A stretch of DNA of 25,664 nt from Verrucomicrobiota bacterium (GTDB taxonomy: Bacteria; Verrucomicrobiota; Lentisphaeria; Lentisphaerales; Lentisphaeraceae): assembly GCA_039798785.1 (NCBI GenBank), contig JBDKFG010000036.1, positions 45,796 to 71,459 of the forward strand, read 5' to 3'. The position numbers and the translations under genes are program-made. How positions within the stretch are numbered: position 1 is the stretch's first letter; each line of letters begins with the position of its first letter. This document shows positions 19,147 through 25,664 of the stretch, piece by piece. The notes beneath the pieces were generated by a model. That model saw only the letters and a program-made list of their open reading frames with translations, was not told where the DNA came from and did not search any database.

Positions 19147-19889
19147 TTGCGGGGGAACTGCGCAAGGATGCGCTTGACGGAGGCTTTCACTTCGCAGGCA
19201 GGGAGGGCGAAGGTGCTGACGCGATCAAAGCGGGCGATATTGATACCGGCGCAGCGGCCATTCAAATCGACAAGCGGACCGCCGCAGCTTTCCGTCCAGA
19301 CGATGCCGTCATGCTGGAAGACCGCGGGGAAGTCTGTTCGAAGCTTACTCAGATTGCCGGACAAGATAGCCAGGGTCTCCGTCCGTCCGACGGCGTTGTC
19401 GCCGCTGTGGGCGGCGGCCGTGAGTTCGGCCAACGCAGTCATATCCTTGTCAGCTCGCTTCAGCTTGATGGTGATTTTGTCACCAGGCTGCTTGCCGCTA
19501 ATTGCCTTGAGCAAGTCGGCAGGCTTGGCGATTGGTGTGCCATCGACCTCAAGTATCAGGCCGCCTATTTGGAGGCCGGCCTTAGCCGCAGCTGAATTCG
19601 GAACCAATTGAGCGACCGTGTTCTGGTTCGGCGGGAGACCAAGACCAAGTTGGTCGTTACGATTGACATGAAGGGCGACGGGGACGGTGAGACCGATGAT
19701 AACGCCGCTGCCCTCACCCAGTCTGGTGTGGGTGATGGCCACTGTGGCGGCGCGGTATTTCGGGCCCCAAGAAATGGTCTTGGCTTCAAGTTCGCTGGCC
19801 TGGACCTTGCCGAGGAGGGGCGGGGTACTGGTGCAAGAGGAGAGGGCGAGAGTCAGGCTGGCGCAGAGACAGATGAATTTGCTTGGCAT
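19143..19889 (-). CDS. PDZ-domain lipoprotein with partial trypsin-like (S1C) segments
   Basis: Lipobox LSSC, GSGVII, a PDZ domain (VPNSAAAKAGLQIG.LILEVDG...PGDKITIKLKR) and a trypsin C-lobe QHD...CGGPLVDLNG...GINIAR. Confidence 0.8.
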   Translation of the reverse strand: MPSKFICLCASLTLALSSCTSTPPLLGKVQASELEAKTISWGPKYRAATVAITHTRLGEGSGVIIGLTVPVALHVNRNDQLGLGLPPNQNTVAQLVPNSAAAKAGLQIGGLILEVDGTPIAKPADLLKAISGKQPGDKITIKLKRADKDMTALAELTAAAHSGDNAVGRTETLAILSGNLSKLRTDFPAVFQHDGIVWTESCGGPLVDLNGRCAGINIARFDRVSTFALPACEVKASVKRILAQFPRK

Positions 19890-19894
19890 GGTAA

Positions 19895-20020
19895 TTAGGA
19901 TATTAAGAGATTCATAATTAGCCCGGATCGAGCAGTTTTAGTAACTTCAGGTGTCATGCAGGAGCTCAAGCAAAATGCAGAGAAAATTGTCAGGCACGAT
20001 GCAGAGGCAATTCTATTCAT
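19895..20020 (-). pseudogene. 41-codon lipoprotein-signal stub (truncated gene or small lipoprotein)
   Basis: AAAGGAG RBS followed by MNRIASASCLTIFSAFCLSSCMTPEVTKTARSGLIMNLLIS*, with lipobox LSSC. Too short to appear in the supplied ORF track. Confidence 0.55.
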
Positions 20021-20036
20021 ATAAATTACTCCTTTG

Positions 20037-20945
20037 TTATCGATGATTTTGGGCTGCTTGAATTTCGTTGACTGTCAATTTTCCATCCTTATCAGAATCC
20101 CACAAATGGAAAACATTTCGAACCTGTTCAATTTGTGCGGCTGGGACTCCTGTGGAGAACTCCTCAAAAGTAAATTTTCCATCGCTGTCAGTATCTTTTG
20201 GTTGCAATCGTAATCCAGCACCTCCTTGATTGGCTTGAACTTCTGCAGGTGTAACAAAACCATCCTTGTCAGAATCAAGCTTGTCAAACACTTGGCGAAC
20301 TTGAGGAACGGCCCCGGAGGCTATACCCGAAGAAAACTCTTCAAAGCTAAATTTGCCATCTCCATCTTTGTCAACAGGTTTAATCTGGCGATTCGCCGAT
20401 TCTCCTTTGGACAATTGGAGGATTCGATGTATTAGAATTTGGGCATAACCACGCTCAACAACCTTACCGGAAGCATCAACGATGACCATGGCGGGAATTC
20501 CCTGCATTCCATGATCCTTGACTCCCAGAGCTGCCTGGTCTTCTGGCAAGATAGCCGGCCAGGGCTGCACATGGTCCTTAGTGTTCATGTAGGCGAGTGT
20601 AGCTTTCGGTCCAGCTTCATTTTCTTGGCTAATCAACACAATCTGCACGCCACCCTTTTTCAATTCTTCATAATGCTTGATGAATTCCGGCGTTAATTTT
20701 TTGCAAGGACCGCACCATGAAGCCGAATAGTAATAAGCAAAATATTTCGGATTTCCAATTTCTATAGCCTTAGTTTTTTGACCGTTTGAGTTAATTAATT
20801 TTGGAATTAGCTTAGATATTAATGCTTCGCTTTCCTTTTCATTTTTATTGATTCCTATACAGAATTTTTTCTGGTTCAAACCGGACCCCGCATAAGTGGG
20901 CGATGACAAAAATATGACAGCCAATAAGTGATTGCGCAGATGCAT
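20037..20945 (-). CDS. Exported thioredoxin-like (nucleoredoxin/tryparedoxin-type, WCGPC) protein fused to four EF-hands
   Basis: YYSASWCGPC and GIP.MVIVD..G motifs. Loops DKDGDGKFSFEE, DSDKDGFVTPAE, DTDSDGKFTFEE and DSDKDGKLTVNE. Start placed at ATG 20945 (AAGGA upstream, signal ending TYA). Confidence 0.87.
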   Translation of the reverse strand: MHLRNHLLAVIFLSSPTYAGSGLNQKKFCIGINKNEKESEALISKLIPKLINSNGQKTKAIEIGNPKYFAYYYSASWCGPCKKLTPEFIKHYEELKKGGVQIVLISQENEAGPKATLAYMNTKDHVQPWPAILPEDQAALGVKDHGMQGIPAMVIVDASGKVVERGYAQILIHRILQLSKGESANRQIKPVDKDGDGKFSFEEFSSGIASGAVPQVRQVFDKLDSDKDGFVTPAEVQANQGGAGLRLQPKDTDSDGKFTFEEFSTGVPAAQIEQVRNVFHLWDSDKDGKLTVNEIQAAQNHR

Positions 20946-21039
20946 TCGATTTTCCTTTATTTGTTTGTTGATAGATAATTTAGATATCATTTATTATGTA
21001 GGTCCAACTACTTATTATTATGTTATTCATTAAGTGACT

Positions 21040-21963
21040 TTAAAATCGCCAGATAAGCGAGAGTGAAGTGCGACTGTTGGGAATGGCCTCTGGGTCGTCA
21101 CTATCTCTCCAAAAATTCCATTCATGGCTTAAGACAAAGTCTAGATTGCCGGTATCGATAATAAGTCGAGGACCTACAGCATGGCGATAGCCATCACAAT
21201 CTTTGAATAATCTTTGAAAAAGGGGAAACGCATCATTTGAAAAATGCCTCTCGCCGAGTACCAAAACACCAATATCTACAGGGCCAATCACATAGCCTGC
21301 AGATCCTTGCACATAAATTACAGTATTATAACTTTCACTGTGCGTATGCTTGAACTCGCCCTCAAGATAAAATTTATCCCAACGGGCGCGTTTGCGATCG
21401 ACAATGCTCAATTGCCACTCGCCAGCTTGCCCAGCAGTATCTTCTTCTCCGTTAAACTTTGCCATTGGCAACTGTAATGAAATTCCTTTAATAAGCCATG
21501 AACCATCTTCCTCAAATCGTCCTGTATAATATCCAATATCCATATCGCGCCAATCTGCTTCATCAGCATATGGATTTATATTATGAGTAGTTGCTAGAGA
21601 AAACCAACTTTTTATTATATTTTTTTTAATGAGATTGCTTTCCTCATCATTTTTTATATTGTAATTTATAAACTTATTATTTTCAGCTTCCTCTCCCAAA
21701 AAATAATGATCCAAAAATTCAATATTATACGGGATCTGAAGTGAGAGAGTTTCTAGGTACCTCCGTCCAGATTGAGCCCCATCAAAAATGGCCCTGCCTC
21801 TTGGATCACTGAGTCGAAGTAGGCTCAAATCTGATTGTAAGCTCACGTGCTCCCCTGGAGGTTCAACACGTAAAGGCGAAAAATCTGGATTCGACGGATC
21901 TGCATTCATTGTAAGAGATCCCAAGAACCAAGTGAGGTTGATAATCAACAATTCTTTTTTCAT
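21040..21963 (-). CDS. Hypothetical exported protein, possible outer-membrane beta-barrel
   Basis: GGAGG RBS before ATG 21963, signal-like N-terminus, amphipathic strands in the C-terminal half, and terminal ...TSLSLIWRF with a C-terminal Phe. Confidence 0.6.
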   Translation of the reverse strand: MKKELLIINLTWFLGSLTMNADPSNPDFSPLRVEPPGEHVSLQSDLSLLRLSDPRGRAIFDGAQSGRRYLETLSLQIPYNIEFLDHYFLGEEAENNKFINYNIKNDEESNLIKKNIIKSWFSLATTHNINPYADEADWRDMDIGYYTGRFEEDGSWLIKGISLQLPMAKFNGEEDTAGQAGEWQLSIVDRKRARWDKFYLEGEFKHTHSESYNTVIYVQGSAGYVIGPVDIGVLVLGERHFSNDAFPLFQRLFKDCDGYRHAVGPRLIIDTGNLDFVLSHEWNFWRDSDDPEAIPNSRTSLSLIWRF

Positions 21964-22018
21964 AGCTGCCTCCATTTCTGTATTTTTGATTTTTAAATTA
22001 TGTTATTGAGATGTGCTG

Positions 22019-22273
22019 TCAATCGTCATCAACGAGAAAATCGAAGGATAATTCAAAGTCTTTGTAGAGTTTTTAACTTCACAGGAGGCAAGTATGACCT
22101 TGCGGATTTATGCCGGTTACAATCCCATCATCACTGGTGAAACTATTTACTTCACCTGAACGTGAGTGGGTGTACCAACCGCGGGGCGTACTATCATGAA
22201 AATCATAAATATTATTTGATGTGCATCCGTCAATGAAAATGTATTTAATTAAGAATTTAAATGGAATTTTCAT
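22019..22273 (-). pseudogene. Degraded, truncated DUF1080 paralogue
   Basis: Reading through the stops gives ...RGWYTHSRSGEVNSFTSDDGIVTGINPQGHTCLL*S*KLYKDFELSFDFLVDDD*. This aligns to EGWTVKSLLGDLKNYQIKDGVVTATSPQGADSFLCSDKSYRNFELELEFKLDE of 12977-13645. Confidence 0.78.
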
Positions 22274-22292
22274 GATTTACTTGTCGGTTATT

Positions 22293-23693
22293 TTATTTGT
22301 GTGAGCTTAAAGATTGTAAATAATCAACTAATTCTGTATTTTTTTCTTCTTTAGCCAATTTAATAAGTGATCGCCCCAATGGATCTTTTGCTGAAAGTGG
22401 ATTGAAGCCATGATCAACTAAACGCTGGATCATCTCTTTTTTAGCTCTACCAAAATCAGTGCCAATGACATTTCCTGGTTTAACTTCATTTTTAAGTAAA
22501 ATTTCAAGCTTATCGTCGCTTAGACATTCAAGAAAAACTGGTAGTTTTTTTGGTAAAGTTACTCCTCTATTAATTAGATACTTTACCATGTTAGCATCGG
22601 CATGTTCATACATCGTTACCATCCCCTCGAACTTAGATCCTAAAGTCGCTATATCAATTTTATATTTTTTTTCCATACACTCAATAAATTCTGGAGATGA
22701 TTCAGTAAGAGAAACTAATAATGATTCATGCGTGTTTTTTCCATATTTTCCATTAAAATCATAAGTCGCTCCCATTCGCTCTAGTGTCTCAACCATCTCT
22801 ATATTATTTGATTTTATCCCTAGTATCATGGCTGTTCTCATCTCTGATTCTTCTTGCTTAGCGCCAGCATCCGCAAGAATTTTCAGTGCATCTAATTTCT
22901 TCTCAATTACAAGATGCGCTATGCCTTTTCCATCCAGTGACCCCCACTTTTTTGAGGCATAATCATAGGAACCACTTTCTTCTAAGAGGTATTTTAATAC
23001 GTCTGTTTTTTGTGCTAGGCAAGAATGCCAAATAATTTTCTGCTCCAATGGCAAAAAGTCATTCTTGAATTTTCTGTATACAGATACAACTTCTGAAAGT
23101 TCTTTCTCGGCTATTACTGATTCATCCTGACTCGCTTTACCTGATTTTATGAAATTTGATAAATTTTTTCCTTTGGTTTTAATTTTTTCCAGATTTTCAT
23201 GATAATCAACATGGGTCATTGTCTCTCCAGAGGAAATGCTATAGTATCTATCGTTATTAATTTTAGCGCCATGATCTAGGATAAGTTTAAATATTTCTAA
23301 ATCACCGGTTCCGGCGGCGGCAGCAAGTGGGGTCGCCCCCATCCGTCCTGTAAAATTGACATCAGCGCCTCGATCCAACATAAGCTTAATCTGATCAATA
23401 TCTCCTGTTCGTATGATTTTTTGTAGCAGTTGATATCCACTTTTATCCGCGCCATTTACATCCAATCCAGCATCCAATTCCGCGCGCAATTTTTCTAGAT
23501 CAGCATTATATGAACTTTTTGTAGAGATCTGTTTGTAGTACTTGGATGATTGAGCTGATTTTTGGTGGATGTCTGATGTGGTTGTCGGGCATTCTCCGCT
23601 TAATACTTGTTTATCGTTTTCAATAAATAAGTACGCCACAATGCTTATAGATGATAGACAGATAATACTGACTACGAGATGATTTTTTTTCAT
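22293..23693 (-). CDS. Ankyrin-repeat protein with N-terminal membrane anchor or signal
   Basis: GLDVNGADKSG...LMLDRGADVNFTGRMGATPLAAAAGTGDLEIFKLILDHGAKIN plus further degenerate repeats to the C-terminus. AT-rich. ATGA overlap with the upstream protease. Confidence 0.87.
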   Translation of the reverse strand: MKKNHLVVSIICLSSISIVAYLFIENDKQVLSGECPTTTSDIHQKSAQSSKYYKQISTKSSYNADLEKLRAELDAGLDVNGADKSGYQLLQKIIRTGDIDQIKLMLDRGADVNFTGRMGATPLAAAAGTGDLEIFKLILDHGAKINNDRYYSISSGETMTHVDYHENLEKIKTKGKNLSNFIKSGKASQDESVIAEKELSEVVSVYRKFKNDFLPLEQKIIWHSCLAQKTDVLKYLLEESGSYDYASKKWGSLDGKGIAHLVIEKKLDALKILADAGAKQEESEMRTAMILGIKSNNIEMVETLERMGATYDFNGKYGKNTHESLLVSLTESSPEFIECMEKKYKIDIATLGSKFEGMVTMYEHADANMVKYLINRGVTLPKKLPVFLECLSDDKLEILLKNEVKPGNVIGTDFGRAKKEMIQRLVDHGFNPLSAKDPLGRSLIKLAKEEKNTELVDYLQSLSSHK

Positions 23694-25171
23694 GGGAGGA
23701 GTCCTTTTTCTCGTGCTTTTTCGATGAGCATGATTGCCTTTTCTCTATCGATATTCAGACGTCCGCCATTTGCCACTGCATCAGATAGAAATTTCTTGGC
23801 TTCTATGTCGCCAGCTTGGGCCAAAGCCTGAAGAGCTCGTAGTGCTAGCTGAGGGCTCATTTCTTCAGGCGGTAACAATCCTTGTTCACTGGCCCGCTTG
23901 ATCATCGCTGCGGCTTGCGCAGGTAAAATGTAAAGCTTGCCGCCACAGTTTTTGGCATCATCAAGCATTTCCTTTGCTTCGGGATCATCCTTAGCAGCCA
24001 GGGCCTGGATGGCTGCGCCAGCACGCGAGCCACTGGGACTTGCTGTATTCCGGGTATCAGGTAGATTAGGTTTATAATAGCCCTTTTCTTTTGCTCTTGC
24101 GACTATGGCTTCATCCTTCTTCAGTGCTATGAGCGGCCATGAACCACTGACAAGAAAATTATTCATGATGCATTGGCATTCAGGATCGCCCTTGCGTGCG
24201 AGCATGCATACAGCATCGATCAACGAAGGATAATCGCTTGGATTGAGTGGTGCTTGAGTACTGACATGAAGCTGGCCTTTGGCGCAATCGAAAATGGCTT
24301 GACACCGCTGGAGCTGATCAATTCCGAGAATGCCGACAACTTCGACAGACTGCCCTTGCACGGTGATCTTTTGTTTTTGTCTGGGTAGACTGACAGCTGG
24401 TACATTGGTTAGAGTGCATTTCCCCAAAATCATGGAAGGGAGCTTGCCCTCTTTGACGGATGTGCTGCTTCCACCTGCCCCGGCAACTTCACGGTCGACT
24501 TCTAAGGTGATTCCTGACTCCGTCATAAAAGATTGCGAAATCGCTGTGATGGAAGCGGCTGTGTCGACCATAAGGACGCATTTCTTACCGTTCAGAATCG
24601 TCATGACTCCCCACTGGAACCCTTCTCCAGCGGGTATTTTATACATTTGCAGCATCTGACGTTGCGGTGATGGCGGTACCGTCGTGCGAACTTCTAGAGA
24701 GCCTTGATAACAATTGATGACGACTCCCTCTTTTATCAACTCCTTGAGCCCGATGACGCCGAAGAATGGTCCGGCGCCAAAAGCTTCGCCCTTAGCTGGC
24801 AGAGGCATGAAGTAGCGCTTGCCACTCAAGCTTTGCCATTGATTTCCTGATCCTGGCACCTTAATTTTTACATCGCCGCTCATGATGGCGACCGTCTTGC
24901 CGCCAACTCCAGTGGCTGTCTTGCCACTCGATGCAGCTGCAATTTTGAGTTTATCGATGACGTCAGAACTGAGCACGGTATCAGTCGCACCTGTGTCCAA
25001 CACAAGGCAACCCTTCACTCCGTTGATTTCGACCGCTAGTGCTGGCATCGAATTCAGGAAGGGGAGCTCGACGGGTTGAGCCTTGACATTTTGACGTACT
25101 GAAACGGGGCGCTCGTCGTTCATGAGAGGTTGATCGATGAGCACAATCATGGAGAAAAGAGTTGAAATCAT
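23690..25171 (-). CDS. Double-domain retropepsin-like aspartic protease with three C-terminal helical repeats (paralogue of 16173-17576)
   Basis: VEINGVKGCLVLDTGA...GVIG and ILNGKK..LMVDTAAS...GILG. Three copies of the roughly 49-aa repeat. Confidence 0.87.
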   Translation of the reverse strand: MISTLFSMIVLIDQPLMNDERPVSVRQNVKAQPVELPFLNSMPALAVEINGVKGCLVLDTGATDTVLSSDVIDKLKIAAASSGKTATGVGGKTVAIMSGDVKIKVPGSGNQWQSLSGKRYFMPLPAKGEAFGAGPFFGVIGLKELIKEGVVINCYQGSLEVRTTVPPSPQRQMLQMYKIPAGEGFQWGVMTILNGKKCVLMVDTAASITAISQSFMTESGITLEVDREVAGAGGSSTSVKEGKLPSMILGKCTLTNVPAVSLPRQKQKITVQGQSVEVVGILGIDQLQRCQAIFDCAKGQLHVSTQAPLNPSDYPSLIDAVCMLARKGDPECQCIMNNFLVSGSWPLIALKKDEAIVARAKEKGYYKPNLPDTRNTASPSGSRAGAAIQALAAKDDPEAKEMLDDAKNCGGKLYILPAQAAAMIKRASEQGLLPPEEMSPQLALRALQALAQAGDIEAKKFLSDAVANGGRLNIDREKAIMLIEKAREKGLLP

Positions 25172-25239
25172 GGGGCTGCCTTTACTTTCAATGATTCAGA
25201 ACACAACTTTGGTTCATCTCGAATTTCGTTTCGAGCAGC

Positions 25240-25332
25240 CTAGCTAGATCCACTCCTATGGTCTTGTTGAACCAGGTGCAGATCAGCTAAGTCTATTTTA
25301 TCTATGCGCCGAACTGCTGTGATGACTTTCAT
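25240..25332 (-). CDS. 30-codon small ORF (leader peptide or gene remnant)
   Basis: GGAG RBS followed by MKVITAVRRIDKIDLADLHLVQQDHRSGSS*. Starts 34 nt downstream of the promoter-like element. Confidence 0.3.
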   Translation of the reverse strand: MKVITAVRRIDKIDLADLHLVQQDHRSGSS

Positions 25333-25366
25333 GGCTAACTCCATTTCTTGAAATGCTTGTCAGTTT

Positions 25367-25428
25367 AACGGCTCACCAGTGCTTCATTCCTTGGCGAAAA
25401 ATTGATATCTACCCCAAAACATTGACGA
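25367..25428 (-). promoter_or_regulatory. Putative promoter element, copy 2: TCAATGTTTTGGGGT box followed by GGAAT-N16-GTT
   Basis: The reverse complement matches 9704-9764: 15-bp identity at 25411-25425, a second TCAAT 20 bp on, and GGAAY-N16-GTT. Confidence 0.5.
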
Positions 25429-25664
25429 ATTTAAGCTGTACCGAGCTCAGCTTAGGCACCCCCTTACGATCGGAATTCCCACGTCCACCGTCCACCAGGA
25501 GAAGTGTCATTTGGGCTAGGTCGATTCCACTGTGTGCAGCTCCCCTCTTGCGGGTCGCACAGAGTTGTACTGCGCCCCGCTAACGCGGTCAAGCAGTACG
25601 TAGTGCCGAGGGCTCGGCAGAGGGCTTTCCGGGGAGAGAAGTCGGGGTGAATTGGAGCTGGCCT

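Noticed and set aside
12563..19917. Numerous 60-214 aa + strand ORFs opposite the - strand genes
   Set aside because: All overlap well-supported genes on the other strand and lack motifs or RBS support.
22073..22081. TGA at the position of a Cys in the intact DUF1080 paralogue, suggesting selenocysteine or stop-codon recoding
   Set aside because: A TAA follows two codons later and the domain is truncated. Other genes terminate normally at TGA, so simple pseudogenisation explains it.
16141..25200. Integron cassette array as an explanation for co-oriented heterogeneous genes (GTCTAAC near 16158 on the - strand; hairpin at 17611)
   Set aside because: No repeated attC-like RYYYAAC...GTTRRRY sites between genes, two gene pairs overlap by ATGA, and no integrase is in view.
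25353..25583. 76-aa + strand ORF at the right end
   Set aside because: No RBS or recognisable motif, and it overlaps the promoter-like element on the opposite strand.

Overview
Bacterial DNA whose gene content (DUF1501, three PVC-type beta-propeller/CxxCH proteins, DUF1080, ThuA-like protein, sulfatase) points to the PVC superphylum (Planctomycetota/Verrucomicrobiota/Lentisphaerae); the taxonomy is an inference. Two convergent blocks meet at about 12.1 kb. The + strand block (58-12094) encodes six exported proteins: DUF1501, three heme c / beta-propeller dehydrogenase-like proteins, a Cys-type sulfatase and a ThuA-like lipoprotein. The - strand block ends in a sugar-catabolic trio (GH95 fucosidase-like enzyme, DUF1080, NagB-like). 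Upstream of the trio lies a compositionally patchy accessory region (16173-25332) bracketed by two paralogous double-domain retropepsin-like aspartic proteases. Both proteases carry copies of the same roughly 49-aa helical C-terminal repeat, which looks like a divergent Sel1. Between them are an alpha/beta hydrolase, an apparently deleted trypsin-PDZ lipoprotein, a thioredoxin-EF-hand fusion, a possible outer-membrane protein, an ankyrin protein, a DUF1080 pseudogene and a lipoprotein-signal stub. Non-coding signals: a roughly 60-bp promoter-like element present at 9704 (+) and 25428 (-), a perfect 28-bp palindrome, and a long G-U-containing hairpin. No rRNA, tRNA, CRISPR array, transposase or integrase was recognised. 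All family assignments come from motif recognition by eye, not from database searches.
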